Shown: positions 14,490-30,531, counted from the first letter of the stretch. The stretch: 64,000 nucleotides of DNA from the human T2T-CHM13v2.0 reference genome, Homo sapiens (GCF_009914755.1 NC_060930.1), one strand, 5' to 3'. Numbers and translations are program-made. Notes: generated from the sequence alone by a model not told the origin.

Positions 14490-14732
14490 CGTAGACATTA
14501 AGAGTGAAGAATGAAATTAGACTGTCTAAATTCAAATCCTGCTACATCTTAACTAGCTCTGTGACCGTCAGCAAGTTACATAATCTTTCTGAATTTGTTT
14601 CTTTATGAATAAAGTAGAAATGATAGAAATACTTATATGGATTTTGTGTAAAGTGAATTAAACAACCCAAGTAAACCTCTTGTGCATAGCACAAGTCCCA
14701 TAGTAAATTACTCAAGAAATATCGGCTATTTT
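14490..14732 (+). mobile_element. MIR
   Basis: 'ttcaaatcctgctacatcttaactagctctgtgaccgtcagcaagttacataatct' MIR core. Confidence 0.75.
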
Positions 14733-15501
14733 TTACTACAAATATTAAAATACAATGTAAAAATAAAAGGGTCCAAAAGTGCTGTGAAATATTATTTGAA
14801 ATTTATTATTTAATTTATCATAATAAGATTCCTATTGACCTCAACTCTAAAGTAGTATGCAAATTAATATTCTAAAGGACTTAAGGAACCAGCTTATGAT
14901 ATGCTTAGTCTACAACCAACTCCTAGCAACAAAGACGTAGGACAAGAAATAATAAATACAATTATATGCCACACAGTATGTTAAAAACTATAGTAGTCAA
15001 AGCAGATTTTCTGTAAAGAATTTGGAAAAAGGTCATCACTTCCATTTCTACAGGAACAAACTGAAAATCAAGTAACTATTTTCGACCCATCAGAAAACTG
15101 AGTTTTCTGGACAAACCACCACCCCAAAATCTGGAGATACAGGCAAATCCAAAAAATCATAATAGAGATGTGTTTACCTGGAGCGGAGGCCACTTGAGCC
15201 ATAAAATGATAGAAAAGCTTAAGTGGTTACTTTAATGAATTTCTGCAGGCTGATTTGGACTAGTGAGAGAATGACTCCAACATATTAATAGTGGATTACA
15301 TTTGAAACAGGTGCAAAACACAGCTGTCTTTAAAGAAGAAGACTTAGAGAAACCCAATGTGAATATAGGAAAGAAATAAGAACACTAGAGGCAAATAAAG
15401 CCTGTGGCACCTATAGATGCAGCAAACATTAAATAAAGCCAAATTTCTAGCTAGATTAACATAAACCCTCACACAAGAAGCTTATTTATCTCTAATATAT
15501 C

Positions 15502-15799
<298 letters not shown>

Positions 15800-16554
15800 T
15801 ATTTCTAGTATATCTTCTAACTGATAAAACATTTCTATTATTCAACAAAAATTTACAAGGTACACCAAAGGCAAGAGAAACATTCTAAAAAGACAAAGCA
15901 AGCATTACAACCAGGATAAGATATGACGCAAATATTAAAATTAACACACAGGGAATTCTAAACAACTATAATTTATATGTTAAAATCTATAACTGCAATT
16001 GTGCAAAGACAGCTGAAGTAAGTGGAGATGGAAATTATTAAAAAAGAATTTTTAGAATGCTAGAAATCATAAACACTATAAAACAAAGGAAAATACATTT
16101 AATGGGTTCATTAGGAAACTAGACAAAGCTGAAGAAAGAATTAGTGAGCTTGAAGATAAATTAATAGCTTTCCAAACTGAAATACAAAGAGATTTTTTTT
16201 TTAAATCCAAGCTCTGTAAGAAGGTTTCAAAGGAATAACATATGGTTAATTGGAATTCCAAAAGGAGAAGAAAGAGAAAATGGAACAGAAAAAATACATA
16301 AAGTAATATTGATCAACTTTCCAGTATTAATGACAAACACCAAACCACAGATTCAGGGAGCCCAGAGAACAGTAAACTGAATAAATCCCAAAAACTACAA
16401 AACTAATCTACACCTAGCATATCACCTTAAAACTCCAGAAAACCAAAGACAAAGAGAATACCTTGAAATAAGCCTGAAGAAGAAAACACCTTACCAATGG
16501 GAGGAAAAAGATAAGGAATATAGTGGACGTCTTATTAGAAATCATACAACAAGA

Positions 16555-17690
16555 ACACCCAGGGAAGATTCTTCTGGACAGTAGTCTAGGCAAATAACTC
16601 AAAAGCACAGGCAACAATATACACAAAAAACAGACAAATGGGATTTACTTAAACTAAAAAGGTTCTGTGCTGCAAAAGAAATAATCAACAGAGTAAACAG
16701 ACAATCTACAGAAAGGAAGAAAATATTTACAAGCTACACATCTGACAGAGAACTAAGATCCAAAATTTACAAGGCATCCCAACCATTCAACAAATAACAT
16801 ATAAATAATTACATTAAAAAGTTGGCAAAGGACATAAATAAACATTTTTCTAAAGAAGATATACAAGTGGCCAACAAGTAAATGAAAAATTCTCACCATC
16901 ACTAATAATCAGAGAAATCCAAATGAAAACCACAATGAGATATCACCTTATCCTAATTAAAATGGTTATTATTTTTAAAACAGTGAGGATGTGTAGAAAA
17001 GGGAATGCTCATACACTGTCGGTGGGAATCTAAATTAGTACAACCTCTACAGAAAGCAGTATGGACATTTCTCAAATAACGAAAAATACAACTATCATTT
17101 GACCTAGCAATCCCACTGCTGAGTATCTACCCAAAGGAAAAGAAATTATTATATCAAAAAGATACCTGGACTCATATGTTTATCATAGCACGTTCAAGTT
17201 AAGTGTCTAACCATGAATGATTGAATAAAGAATATGTGGTTACCTCTTAAATTTATACCAAAAAAGAAAATGTGGTATATACACACAAATGTGGTATATA
17301 TACACAACAGAATACGATTTTACCATAAAAAAAAGAATGAAACCTTGTCTTTTACAGCAACAGAGGTGAAACTAGAGGCAACAAGAAACATGTGTCTTAA
17401 TGAAACAACTCAGACACAGAAAGACAAATCCTGCACGTTCTCACTTTTAAGTGGGATCTAAAGAATGTATACACATAGATGTAGAGTGTGGAATGATAGA
17501 TAATGGAGACTTGGAAGGATAGGGGTGTGGGAGTGAAGTAGATAATGAGAAATTACTTCATGGGTACAATGTATATTATTCCAGTGATAGATACAGTCAA
17601 AGCCCTTACTTCACCACCAAGCAATATAGCTATATAACAAAATTACACTTGTACCCCAAAATTTATATAAATAAAATAAAGAAAAAAGAA
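16555..17690 (+). mobile_element. L1MA/L1PB-type 3' fragment nested in the older L1
   Basis: ORF2 3' end, 3' UTR and A-rich tail 'aataaaataaagaaaaaag'. Host ORF1 resumes after 17690. Confidence 0.8.
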
Positions 17691-18955
17691 ATTGTGAAAT
17701 GACAGACTATAGAGAAATATTTAAAATGTTAAAAGAAAAAATGCAAATCTAATATCCTACATCCAGTGAAATTACCCTTCTAAAGTGAAGATGAAATGGA
17801 GACTTCTTCATGCGAACAAAAACTGAGGGTATTTATCACCAGCGGAAATAAATGTTAAAGTATCTTTTTTTAGGCAGAAGGAAAATGATATAGGTCAGTA
17901 ACTCATGACTACACAAAAAGGAAAGAGTGTCAGAAAATAAATAAAGATAAAATAAAATATTTTATTTGTCTTGTTAATTGACCAAGAAAGATAACATTGT
18001 TTAAACTGATAACAGTAGCAATGCATTGAGTGATTATAGTATGTGTGTAAGTGAAAGGAATAACAGCAATGTCATAAGGAATGGGAGGGAGGAATTACAA
18101 CGTACCTGCAGTACACAATGAGTAGAACAGTATGATTTGAAGGTGGACTTAATAAAAATTTGTATTCAAAACTCTAAGAAAACAACTAAAGCATTTATTT
18201 AAAACTGATATAATAAGAAACGAGATAAAATGGAGTTGTGTAAAATGGTCAACTAAACCCCAGAAAATAGAAAAGAAGTATTAGCAACAAATAGAAAACA
18301 GATATAAACATGGTATATATTAATCCTAATATCTCAATATTCTATTTAAATGTGAATGGCCTAAATACACACTTAAAAGATAGCATTTGTCAGAGTGGAT
18401 AAAACATGAAAAGACTCAGTGTTGGCTGCAAGAAACCCACCTTAAACACAAAGGCTCCAGTGAATTCAAAGTAAAAGGATGGAGAAAGATATACCATGCT
18501 AACATTAATCAAAACAAATCAGGAACAGCTATATTAACTTTAAACAGACTTCAATACAAGAAAAATTATCAGGCATAAAACAGCATAATGATAAATTGTT
18601 CAATTTTCTAAGATGACATATGATCCTAAACATATATGTACCTGAAAACAGAGTATCAACATAGGTGCAGTAAAAACTGATAGAACAGAAAAGAGAAATG
18701 TGCAAATATGCTATTATAGCTGGAGAATTCAACACCCCTCTGTCAGTAATTGACAGATCAAGCAGACAAAAAATCAATAAGGATATAGGTCATCAAAAAA
18801 GGACTATCAATCAACTTGGTCTAATTGATATTTGTAGCATGTTTCATCCATCAACAGCAGATTATACATTCTTTTCAAACTTGCATTGAACTTTCGCCAT
18901 GATATTCCACATTCTGACCACAAATCATATGTTAAGAACTAAAAAGAATATATAA

Positions 18956-19087
18956 TGCCACTCATGGTGGCTTATGACTGTAATCCCAGCTACTTGAGAA
19001 GCTGAGGTGGGAGGATCACTTAGGCCGAGGAGTTCAAAGCCAGTATGTGCAACATGGCAAAACCCCATCACTAAAATAAATAAAATC
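18956..19087 (+). mobile_element. FLAM (free left Alu monomer)
   Basis: Single Alu monomer with A tail; TSD aaaagaatata on both sides. Confidence 0.8.
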
Positions 19088-19428
19088 AAAAGAATATAAA
19101 TCATATAAAGTATGTACTGAGGCCACATGAAATTTAACTAGAAACAAATTAAATTAAAAATGAACAGGACAATAACTAGAAAAATACTCAAATATTTAGA
19201 AATAAAACAATTACATTTCTGAATGGACCAAAAAAGTCTCAACAAGTAAAAATGTATTTTGAAATAAATGAAAATGAAAACATAACTCTTTATAATTTGT
19301 GAGATGGTTCCCTTTTAAGTAATGCTTAAAGGAACATTTATATCAATAAATGTGTACATTAGAAAAGAAGAAATATACAAAATCAGTAACCTAACCGTTT
19401 ACTTTAGGTTATTAGATCAAGAAAAGCA

Positions 19429-19557
19429 AGTTCCTTATAATTATAAGGAACTACTCAATGAGTAGAACAGTGTGATTTGAAGGTGGACTTAATACAAATT
19501 TGTATTCAAAATTCTAAGAAACAAAATTCTACTTCCTTTAAGCCTAAAGGAAGTAGA
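19429..19557. repeat. Templated insertion: 66-bp copy of 18116-18181 flanked by palindromes
   Basis: 19456-19521 matches 18116-18181 at 63/66. Perfect 24-bp palindrome at 19429-19452; 13-bp stem between 19528-19540 and 19545-19557. Confidence 0.9.
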
Positions 19558-19739
19558 TTTTTAAAAAAATCAAAATTGGAGCAAAAGTCATCAAAACTGG
19601 ATACAAGAAAACATTAAAGAAAATCAACAAGCCCAAAAGCTGGTATTTTGGAATGATCAATAAAATTGAGAACTATCTAGCCAGGCTAACCAGGAAGAAA
19701 CAGAATGAACACAAATTATCAATATAGAATGAAAGAGAG

Positions 19740-20266
19740 TCCAAAGATGATTAACCATACCCTGGTTACCAATCCCAGGGGAAGGCTCTAAACTTCCATC
19801 CACTGCACGTTGGACTATGCCAACTTCTATCACTTTCAGTAGTCTAGTGAGACAGAACACTCACACATATCCAGTTACATGAAAACCAGCTTATTACTTA
19901 CAGATAGGCAGCAAGGGACAACAGAAGCGTAAGATTCACAGAGTGCTGGCTCCCCAAGTTCAGGAAAAATGCCCAGGGTGAATAAAGTATTTTCTGCATA
20001 TACCCATTTGCACTGCAGCCGAGAGACCTCAAAAATCAGCCTATCCTGGGTTTTATGTCCTGGGCTTATGTGAGTTCCTGAGCAAAAGCATTGTAAGACC
20101 TGCCATTCTAGAAGGGATGGGAACAGAGCCCAGGCTGTTCCAGCTAGTTCCTCTTTGTCTCAGAATGTTTCATTCCCAGTACATTCTTCGGTTAATTTTG
20201 AGAACTACAAGTGAGAAAATGGGGATATCTAGGTCAATCTAAGGCCACCCAGAGAACTGTCTTGCA
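19740..20266 (-). mobile_element. ERVL solo LTR (MER74/MER54-like), 5-bp TSD
   Basis: Minus strand starts 'tgcaagacagttctctgggtggcctt'. TSD gagag at 19735-19739 and 20267-20271. Host L1 ORF2 is contiguous across it. Confidence 0.75.
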
Positions 20267-21075
20267 GAGAGGTGATCACTACTGATCCCATGGACATTAA
20301 AAGAATAATGAAGGTATATTATAAGCAACGCTATATCTATAATTTTAATAAATTAATGAAATGGACCAATTTTTTGAAAGACACAAAATACTGAAATTTA
20401 CACGAGGAGAAATAGATAACCTGAATAACTCTGTATCCATTAAAGAAATCAAATCAATAATTAATAACTTCCAAAAAAGAAACCATCAGACTCAGTTTCA
20501 TCAGTGATTCTACCAAATTTTGAAAATGAAATTTAAAAAGACAAAAACAAATGAACTATTCAATTACAAAAAGATATGAGTGAACCTTAAAAGCATATTT
20601 CTAAGTGAAAAAAATCTAGTATGAAAATGGCTACATATTATATGATTTCAATTACAAGGTGTTCTGGAAAAAGCAAAACTGCAGGGCTGGTAAAAAGACC
20701 AGTGGTTGACGGGATACTTAGGAAAGCATAGGAAGGGTTAAGTAGTGGGTGGAACAGAGGTGATTTTTTTACTGTGGTGAAACTATTTGGTATAATACTA
20801 TAATTGTGGATATATGACACTATGAATTCTCAAAATCCATTGGATATACAGCATAAAGAATGAATCCTAAAGTATGCAATTACAAAAATATATTACAGAG
20901 GTCAGAGGAATCCCAGGACAGAATACAGATGTGATAAAACAATCTGAATGTATTACAAACATATTATAGACCATAATTGAAAGGGAGGGGGAAAAGACAC
21001 TGACTTATGTAGCTTTGAAAATAAGTGGAGTTCGTAAAATTAAAGACAAAAGCATATGTGTGCATTATACTCTAG

Positions 21076-21393
<318 letters not shown>

Positions 21394-21963
21394 AACGTTG
21401 CTTCTTTTTATGCTACAGGTTAACAAGTCTGATGACGTTATACACATATAATGGAACTGAAGATTTAAGTAAATGTTTGTCGAATGGGAGGAGTCAGGTT
21501 TTTCACTATTGGAGTGGGAGTTATAAATATTTCGATATGTAACCATCCATATCTATATTAAGATAAGCAAGTAGAAGAGACTAGAATGACCCATGTAATG
21601 CAATAGGGTTGGAGACATCAGTGTTAACCCATGTTTAGCCTAATATAGATATAGATGGTTACATATATAAACATTTATAGATATATGTAGTTATATGGGT
21701 TAGTATATACACATACATTTCCTTCCTTTCAGCTTAGAGAGCCTAGAAGCAATGAGATCCAGGAGCAATGAGCACATCTTGCAATCAGATCATGGTTTCT
21801 AATACTATTCTCCACTTTTCAAACAAAAAGATATCCTTGTAGTAATGGATAATTCCAGGACCGAGTATATCACACTCTCCCAGAGCAATAAGCATACAAG
21901 ATGAGCTTGAACCATTTTGTGGCACTAAAAAATAAGAACTTGCTCAAAACAAAAATGAAGGTG

Positions 21964-22050
21964 GAGGAGGAGGAGGAGGAGGAGGAGGAGAAGAAGAAGA
22001 AGAAGAAGAAGAAGAAGAGGCGGAGGAGGAGGAGGAGGAAGGAGGTGAAG
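21964..22050 (+). repeat. Compound purine trinucleotide microsatellite (GAG)9(AAG)9(AGG)~7
   Basis: Read directly: GAG at 21964-21990, AAG at 21991-22017, then an AGG run with one CGG interruption. Confidence 0.95.
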
Positions 22051-22592
22051 AAAGCACACACAGAAAATTGGCAGGGTGGATAGATTAATGTACACAGAAG
22101 CCAACTGAAAGGGCCTCTGATGGCCAAAGCTGTGGTAATTTGAGTAACAAAATAAATAAATTAGTACTGATGAAAATTCAAAGTATAAAAGAAATATCAG
22201 TGAGCACATATCGACATAAATAAATTATCAAATTATTAAAGAAACTGGGGAAAAGAGAAAAATCTGTGCTGAATTCCTAGCAGATTATCTAAGGACACCC
22301 CCTTAAATGAATTATAACTCTCAGCTTTTTAAATGTGAGCTGTGCGCAGTGACTTCCTTCCAAAAAATACAGTTTGGAAAGGGATTAAAAGGTGTAACTT
22401 TGCAGTGGAGAAACATGAAAAACACTACTTCAGCAGGTGATAAAGTTCAGCATCAAGAGCCATAAATTGTGCTGAGAGCATATAGCTTTGATATAATGGA
22501 TGAAAATGGCAGTTTACATCTGCAATCTTCCTCCCCAATTTTCATAACTCCAATCTAATCATGAAAAAACTATCAGATAAATTCCAGTAGAG

Positions 22593-22996
22593 TGTATTAG
22601 GCCATTCTTGTGTTGCTATAAAAGAAATACCTGAGGCTAAGTAATTTCTAAGGAAAAGAAGTTTAATTGACTCATGGCTCTGCAGGCTGTACAGTAAGCA
22701 TGACACCAGCATCTGCTCAGCTTCTGTGGAGACCTCCAGGAGCTTTCACTCATGGCAAAGTGTGAAGCTAAAGCAGACATGTCACATGGTGAAAGGAAGC
22801 AAAAGAGGAGCAGGGAGACGCCACATATAAACAACCAAATCTCTCTCAAGAACTCACTCATTACCATGAGGAAAGCACCAAGACATGAGGGATCCACCTC
22901 CAGGACCCAAACAGCTCCCACCAGGCCCCACCTCCAACACTGAGGATTACATTTAAATATGAGATTTGGGTGGGGACAAATATCCAAACTATATCA
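22593..22996 (-). mobile_element. MST (ERVL-MaLR) solo LTR
   Basis: tgtattaggccattc...ccaaactatatca; TSD tagag/aagag. Confidence 0.9.
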
Positions 22997-23355
22997 AAGA
23001 GGCATCTTAAAATAGACCTCATCAGCAATCCCCTAAACTGTCAAGGTCATCAAAAACAAGGTTAAGTCTGAGAAATTGTTAAAAAGAGGCTAAGGAGATA
23101 TGACAATGAAAAGTAATGTAATATCCTGGAGGGAAACCTACAGAAGAAAATGGAGAATAAGTAAAAATTAAGAAAATCTGAACAAATTATTTTATTTAAT
23201 TAATAATAAGTACTCTCATTTTACTTTAAAAACAATAGAATTACTCCAGATGCTATATTAAGAATACACTGAAAGAGCCCAGGACAGATGTAAGAAGGCC
23301 TTTTACAAAAATGAAGAAATTTTAGTGACTCGACCATTGAAAGTAGCCAAAGGTG

Positions 23356-23692
<337 letters not shown>

Positions 23693-23945
23693 TCAAGATA
23701 GTGTTAACAAGATGTATTAGTCCATTCTCACATTGCTATAAAGAAGTACCTGAGACTGGGTAATTTATAAAGAAGAGTTTCAATTGGCTCAGGTTTCAGT
23801 AGGCTGTACAGGAAACATAGCAGCTGCTGCGTCTGGAGAGGCCTCAGGGATTTCCAATCATGGCAGAAGACAAGGGGCGAGGAAGAGGTCACGAGGCAGG
23901 AGCCAGGAGCAAGAGACATAGTTGGGAGTTGCTACATACTTTTAA

Positions 23946-24743
<798 letters not shown>

Positions 24744-24984
24744 TTAAATGACCAGATCTCATGAGAACTGATTGTCATGAGGACAGCATCAAGGGGACGG
24801 TGCTAAACCATTCATGAGAAATCCACCTTCATGATCTAATTTCCTCCCACCAGGCCCTACCTCCAACACTGGGGATTACAATTCAACATGAAATTTGGGT
24901 GGAGACACATACCCAAACTATATCACAATATTAGCAAATGAAAAGATTGACTTGCCATTTACTAAGCTGGAGAACACTGTGAGT

Positions 24985-25265
24985 TCACCATGAAATATTA
25001 ATTCAGCCATAAACAGGAATGGATTACTGATACAACATGGCAGAAGCTTGGAGACATTTTGCTAAACGAAAGAAGCCAGACACAAAGGGCCACATACTAT
25101 AGGATCATATTTATATAAAATTTCTAGAATAGGCAAATCCATAGAAATAAGCAGATTGGTAGTTACCAGTGGCAGAGGAAGGACAAAAGTGGGGAATGAC
25201 TGCTAATGAGTATAGGGTTTCTTTTGAAGTTGATTTAAAAATTCCAAAATTAGATAGTAGTAATA
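24985..25265 (+). mobile_element. L1MB/ME 3' fragment
   Basis: 'ttcagccataaacaggaatg...gctaaacgaaagaagccagacacaaagggccacata'. Confidence 0.7.
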
Positions 25266-25751
25266 GAAAGCTGGTGGCATTAAAAGTTTAGTTTTGGATA
25301 TATGTTTGATATGTAGATTATAAATAAGGGAGTTGAGAATGTAAGTGAAGATACTAGAAGGCAGGTAAATATCTGATTCTTGAATTTAGGGACTGGCCTG
25401 AGCTGAAGATGTAAATGTAAGAGTGGTCAGTATTTTCAAAATCTTGACACAGAAAGAAGTCATCAAGAATCAAGAGAGTAAATGGAAATAGAAAAGGAAA
25501 GTGGTCCAATGACTGAGGCCTTGTATACTCCCATGTTAAAAGGTCAGGGAGAGGAAGTGTAGATAGTAAAGAAGAATAAGAAAAAAAGTATAACTACTAT
25601 AACAGCTAGAAATCAAATGGGGACAGAATTATCAACCATGTCAAATACTACAGAAAGTTTAATAAGATGAAGTCAGAATTCACGCTTGGTTATAGGAATT
25701 TTGTTAGAGGGTACTGGTGAAATTGATTGAAATAGTTTGATTGAAGATGTG

Positions 25752-26147
25752 TGATATAGTTTGAATATATGCCCTTGGCAAATTTCGTGTTGAATTGTAA
25801 TTCCCAGTGTTGGAGGTGGGGGCTGGCAGGAGGTGTTTGGGTCATGGAGGAGGATCTTTCCTGGCTTGTGCTGTCCACATGATAGTGAGTGAGTTCTTAT
25901 GAGATCTGGATTTTTTAAAGTGTGTGGCACCTCCCCCATCTCACATGCTCCTACATGTGAGATGCCTGGTCCCCTTTCTCTTTCTGCCATAATTGGAAGC
26001 TTCCTGAGGCCTCCCAAGAAGCCAGGATGATGCTGGTGCTGTGCTTTCTGTACAGCCTGCATAACTGTGAGCCAATAAAACCTCTTCTTTAAATAAATTA
26101 CCTGGCCTCAGGCATTTTTTATGGCACTGCAAGAATGGCCTAACACA
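25752..26147 (+). mobile_element. MST solo LTR
   Basis: tgatatagtttg...tggcctaacaca; perfect TSD atgtg at 25747-25751 and 26148-26152; AATAAA near 26074. Confidence 0.9.
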
Positions 26148-27545
26148 ATGTGAGAGAAGAATCCTGATTATAGTGATTGAAGAAACAATGCTAGAGGAGG
26201 AATTAGTGAAGAGGATACTAGGAAACTCTTTCAAGGAATTGGCGTTTTAAAGGAAAGAGAAAAATGGGGGAAAGAGAAAAAAATCCAAAGGAAATTTATG
26301 TTCTCATTTGTTGATGTTACCACTGTACACAGGGAAACAAAAGAACTCTTATAGAGAGATGAGAAACATCGAATTGAAAAGAGTATAGTTGCAAAAGGGA
26401 AAAAACAAATTGCTAGAATATGCTCTTGAGTCGACTTGAGGGGATGGGATCTCATGCACACATAAAGAGCAACTTAGAGAAGTACACTAAGAGTTCATCC
26501 GCTGTAACAAGAGGGAAGGGAGAGTCTGTGGGCATAGATGGGTAAATGTGGTGAGGGGGCAAAAGTTATCTTTTAAGTTTCTCTAGTTTTCTCATGATAT
26601 AAAGAACATGCTCATCAGCTGAGCGATGGTAGAATGATTTTAGAAGTCTATGAAAGAGAAGAAAGTAACAAATTATCTTGAAGAGTGGGAGATTAATTGA
26701 CATGGGAAATATGAGTGCCAGACCTCATACTGATCATGAATCTAAGATTAGACAATCAGTATGTATCTGTGTTTGTTTTGTTTTTCAGCCATGTTCAGTT
26801 ACAAGAATGTATGCCTGCCATAGGAGAAAATTTGATTTTAACCGAGGTTGTGTTTTAGTCAAGAGAAGAGCTTGAAGCAAGGGAAGTGGGAATATAATCA
26901 AAGAAGTAAATGTAGTACTAAATTATGAAATTTATGATTAATAATAGGAAAGAGAGAAAGTAATGTCTAAAGTCATAAGATCAGTGAATTTTGCATTTAC
27001 TTGGTCAGAGGTTTATTGGATTTGGGCTAGGAGAGGGAAGGAACTGGAAAGACAGAACAGGGTGGTCAGAAGAACGGGATGCTTCACTGTGAGATTTTAG
27101 AGGGGATATAGTTATTTTTAATGACAAGGTCTAGAACATGGCATGAAAGTGAGCAGCTGATGACAGGATTGCAGAAGCAGAGAAGTTTAAGGAACAAGAG
27201 GCTAGGGGATTGGAATAAGAATCTACATTGATTTTGAAATCTCCAAAAATAAAGATCTAGCCTGTGTTAGAGTTGTGCTAAGTCATGAACCAAAATCATT
27301 AAGAAACGAAGACAAGTGACTAAAATGGGAAAGGAGGCAGGTCAGGATAAGTAGATGACTTATGACAAGGCAGGATAGTAATAACGTTTCATGACAAGAG
27401 CATCATGCAGCTGGCTTTTAGAGATAAGACAGGGAGAATTACTGGAAGTTGGAAAGAGGAACAAGAAAAAGACCTTCCCATCTCCAAGCCCAAAGGTCCA
27501 AGAGATGCAGCAAAGAACATACACCACTTAGAAGTGATGCAAAGA

Positions 27546-27854
27546 AGCCAGGCGTGGTGGCTCACGCCTGTAATCCCAGCACTTTGGGAGGCTGAGGCGG
27601 GTGGATTATGAAGTCAGGAGTTCAAGACCAGCCTGGCCGAGATGATGAAACCCCGTCTCTACTAAAAATACAAGAAAAAAAAATTAACCAGATGTGGTGG
27701 CAGACACCTGTAATCCCAGCTACTCGGAAGGCTGAGGCAGAGAATTGCTTGAACCCGTGAGGCAGAGTTTGTGGTGAGCCGAGATGGCATCACTGCTCTC
27801 CAGCCTAGGCAACAGAGCAAGACTCCATCTCAAAAAAAAAAAAAAAAAAAAAAA
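27546..27854 (+). mobile_element. AluSg (Sg4-like)
   Basis: Full dimer with polyA; TSD agaagtgatgcaaaga at 27530-27545 and 27855-27870. Confidence 0.9.
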
Positions 27855-29660
27855 AGAAGTGATGCAAAGAAAGCAGTGTCTTTAGAAGAGAGATGGGTTT
27901 CAACAGAGAAAAGCAAGAAGGTGAAGAAAATTTCACAGAGTAAAAAGATACAGGGAATGACCCAAAAACACAGTGAAAGTGTTTCAAGAGATGAAAACAG
28001 GAATTGCACAAAACTCAGTCAAGATTGGAGTCTATTGGAAGAGAAATAGCATAGTGACCTTCACAAATAAAAACAATGGGCATGATAAAACGGGTCTTGA
28101 AAATTGCAAGGCTGAGGATAGGCCTGAGTAGTGAGGGTGCATGGATAGGGCAGTTAGCTTCTCATATATGTGCTCCTTCTTGACCCCTTCTAATGATGTT
28201 GTTTATCAGTGTGTTTAATTGACCATTTTAATCATCCATACAATAAAATGAATATTAGAAGACTCTGAGCTATACAGAAATTAGTCAGAATGTTCTAGCA
28301 TTGCAAACCTGGAAAATTAATCCTACTATTAATAAGAATCTAGGCTTTTATGATCTCATACAGTAGAGGCCTATTTGCCAATAATATTCTAGAATTTGCT
28401 TTAAAAAATAAATTGTATTTTAGTGCTATCATCTCTAAGTTTAAAAGGTTGAGATCAAAAACAGAAAAAAATATTTATTTTCAGATCAGACACCTGCTGC
28501 TTCCAATTTAGATACTGGGTAAAACTATTGGAAGTGAAAACAGCAGAGTGAAATATACTGTGTTCTAACCTCCCTAATTAACAACAGTCAGTTCTGAGCA
28601 AGCTTATTCAGGTCTCCTTTTCTTCATCGAGCTGACCAGGGGAGACCTTCAAGGCAAAATGTGTGAGCCATTAAAAAAAACTTCAAACAACAGATAAGCA
28701 CTGAAGTCTTTGAAGAAACTGTGAACACCCTCTGGGGAGAAAATTAGACTTGTGAACTTAAAAAATGGCACACAAACATTTTTACACAAAACCGAAGACA
28801 GAGGTCAACAGGGATATTTCCAACTGAAGATTGCCTGTTGAGGAAGAAATTAGTTTTGAACATCAAAAATAAATGAACAAAGGGAGCAGAAAACAACATT
28901 AAATTAGGGTCTTTTCCTCAAGAAAAAACATCTCCTAACCCTCCCTCCACACAAAAGCACTAATCAAGCTTCCTTATTAAAAAAGAAAATCTCTCTTCAA
29001 GTAAGAAAATCAAGCTATGGAAAACCATAATAAAAAAGAGCTGTTTTTATAAGGATCTCTATATTGTTGCCGGAGTCAAAGTAGCTAATTTTGACTGATC
29101 TCTTGTTCCTAAGTAGATAAGCTTTATTATCTTATTTGCAACTTATGTCTCATACCATTAATTTATCACTTCATCATTCAATTTTGAGCTTTAAGTATAA
29201 ATGTAAAGTCTTCAGACTAAGCACAATTGACGCCATTTTGTAGGTCATGATGAAAGGTTTAGGTTTAAGTCTGCTGCAATCACAGACCTCCAGGGAATGT
29301 ATGTAGGGGGACCATTCAAAGCAAGTGCTCTTTTTTCATTACTATGAGGCTTCCTCTAAGGCCTGGGCAAGTTTCTTCTCTGTTGGTTGCTCCATAAATT
29401 AGGAAAATCCTTTCAGCCTAGATTATAAAGATGGTCTCAAATATACTTGCTTTGAAGACCCTTGTATTTGTTTGCTAGGGCAGCCCTAATAAATTACCAC
29501 CAACTGGGTGGCCTAAACAATAGAAATGTATTGTCTCACTTCTGAAGGCTATAAGTCTGAGATCAAGGTGTTGGCAGGGTTGGTACCTTCTAAGGGCTGT
29601 GAGGAAAGGCTCTGTTCCAGGCCTCTCTTCTTGGTTTGTAATGATTAGACCATTTCCTTT

Positions 29661-30031
29661 CCTTTCTTTTTTTTTTTTTTATTATTATACTTTAAGTTTT
29701 AGGGTACATGTGCACATTGTGCAGGTTAGTTACATACGTATACATGTGCCATGCTGGTGTGCTGCACCCACTAACTCGTCATCTAGCATTAGGTATATCT
29801 CCCAATGCTATCCCTCCCCCCTCCCACCATCCCACAACAGTCCCCAGAGTGTGATGTTCCCCTTCCTGTGTCCATGTGATCTCATTGTTCAATTCCCACC
29901 TATGAGTGAGAATATGCGGTGTTTGGTTTTTTGTTCTTGCGATAGTTTACTGAGAATGATGATTTCCAATTTTATCCATGTCCCTACAAAGGACATGAAC
30001 TCATCATTTTTTATGGCTGCATAGTATTCCA
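29661..30031 (-). mobile_element. L1PA2-like 3' fragment, 14-bp TSD
   Basis: 'cacattgtgcaggttagttac', 'actaactcgtcatctagc' (GAG rather than the L1HS ACA/ACG) and 'tgtgatctcatt'. TSD agaccatttccttt at 29647-29660 and 30032-30045. Confidence 0.9.
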
Positions 30032-30125
30032 AGACCATTTCCTTTTCTATTTCCATTTACTCTCAAGCCTCTCTCCTGTTGGCTTAGCCACAGGATGGCC
30101 ATCTTCTTCCTGTGTCCTTACATAA

Positions 30126-30531
<406 letters not shown>

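Noticed and set aside
17268-17308. Short tandem duplications (aaatgtggtatat twice; also ~44775-44845 and 54912-54969)
   Set aside because: Ordinary slippage; no regular repeat-spacer periodicity, so not CRISPR-like.
21870-22209. Poly-E/K/R and poly-F/S/L ORFs
   Set aside because: Translation of the trinucleotide microsatellite.
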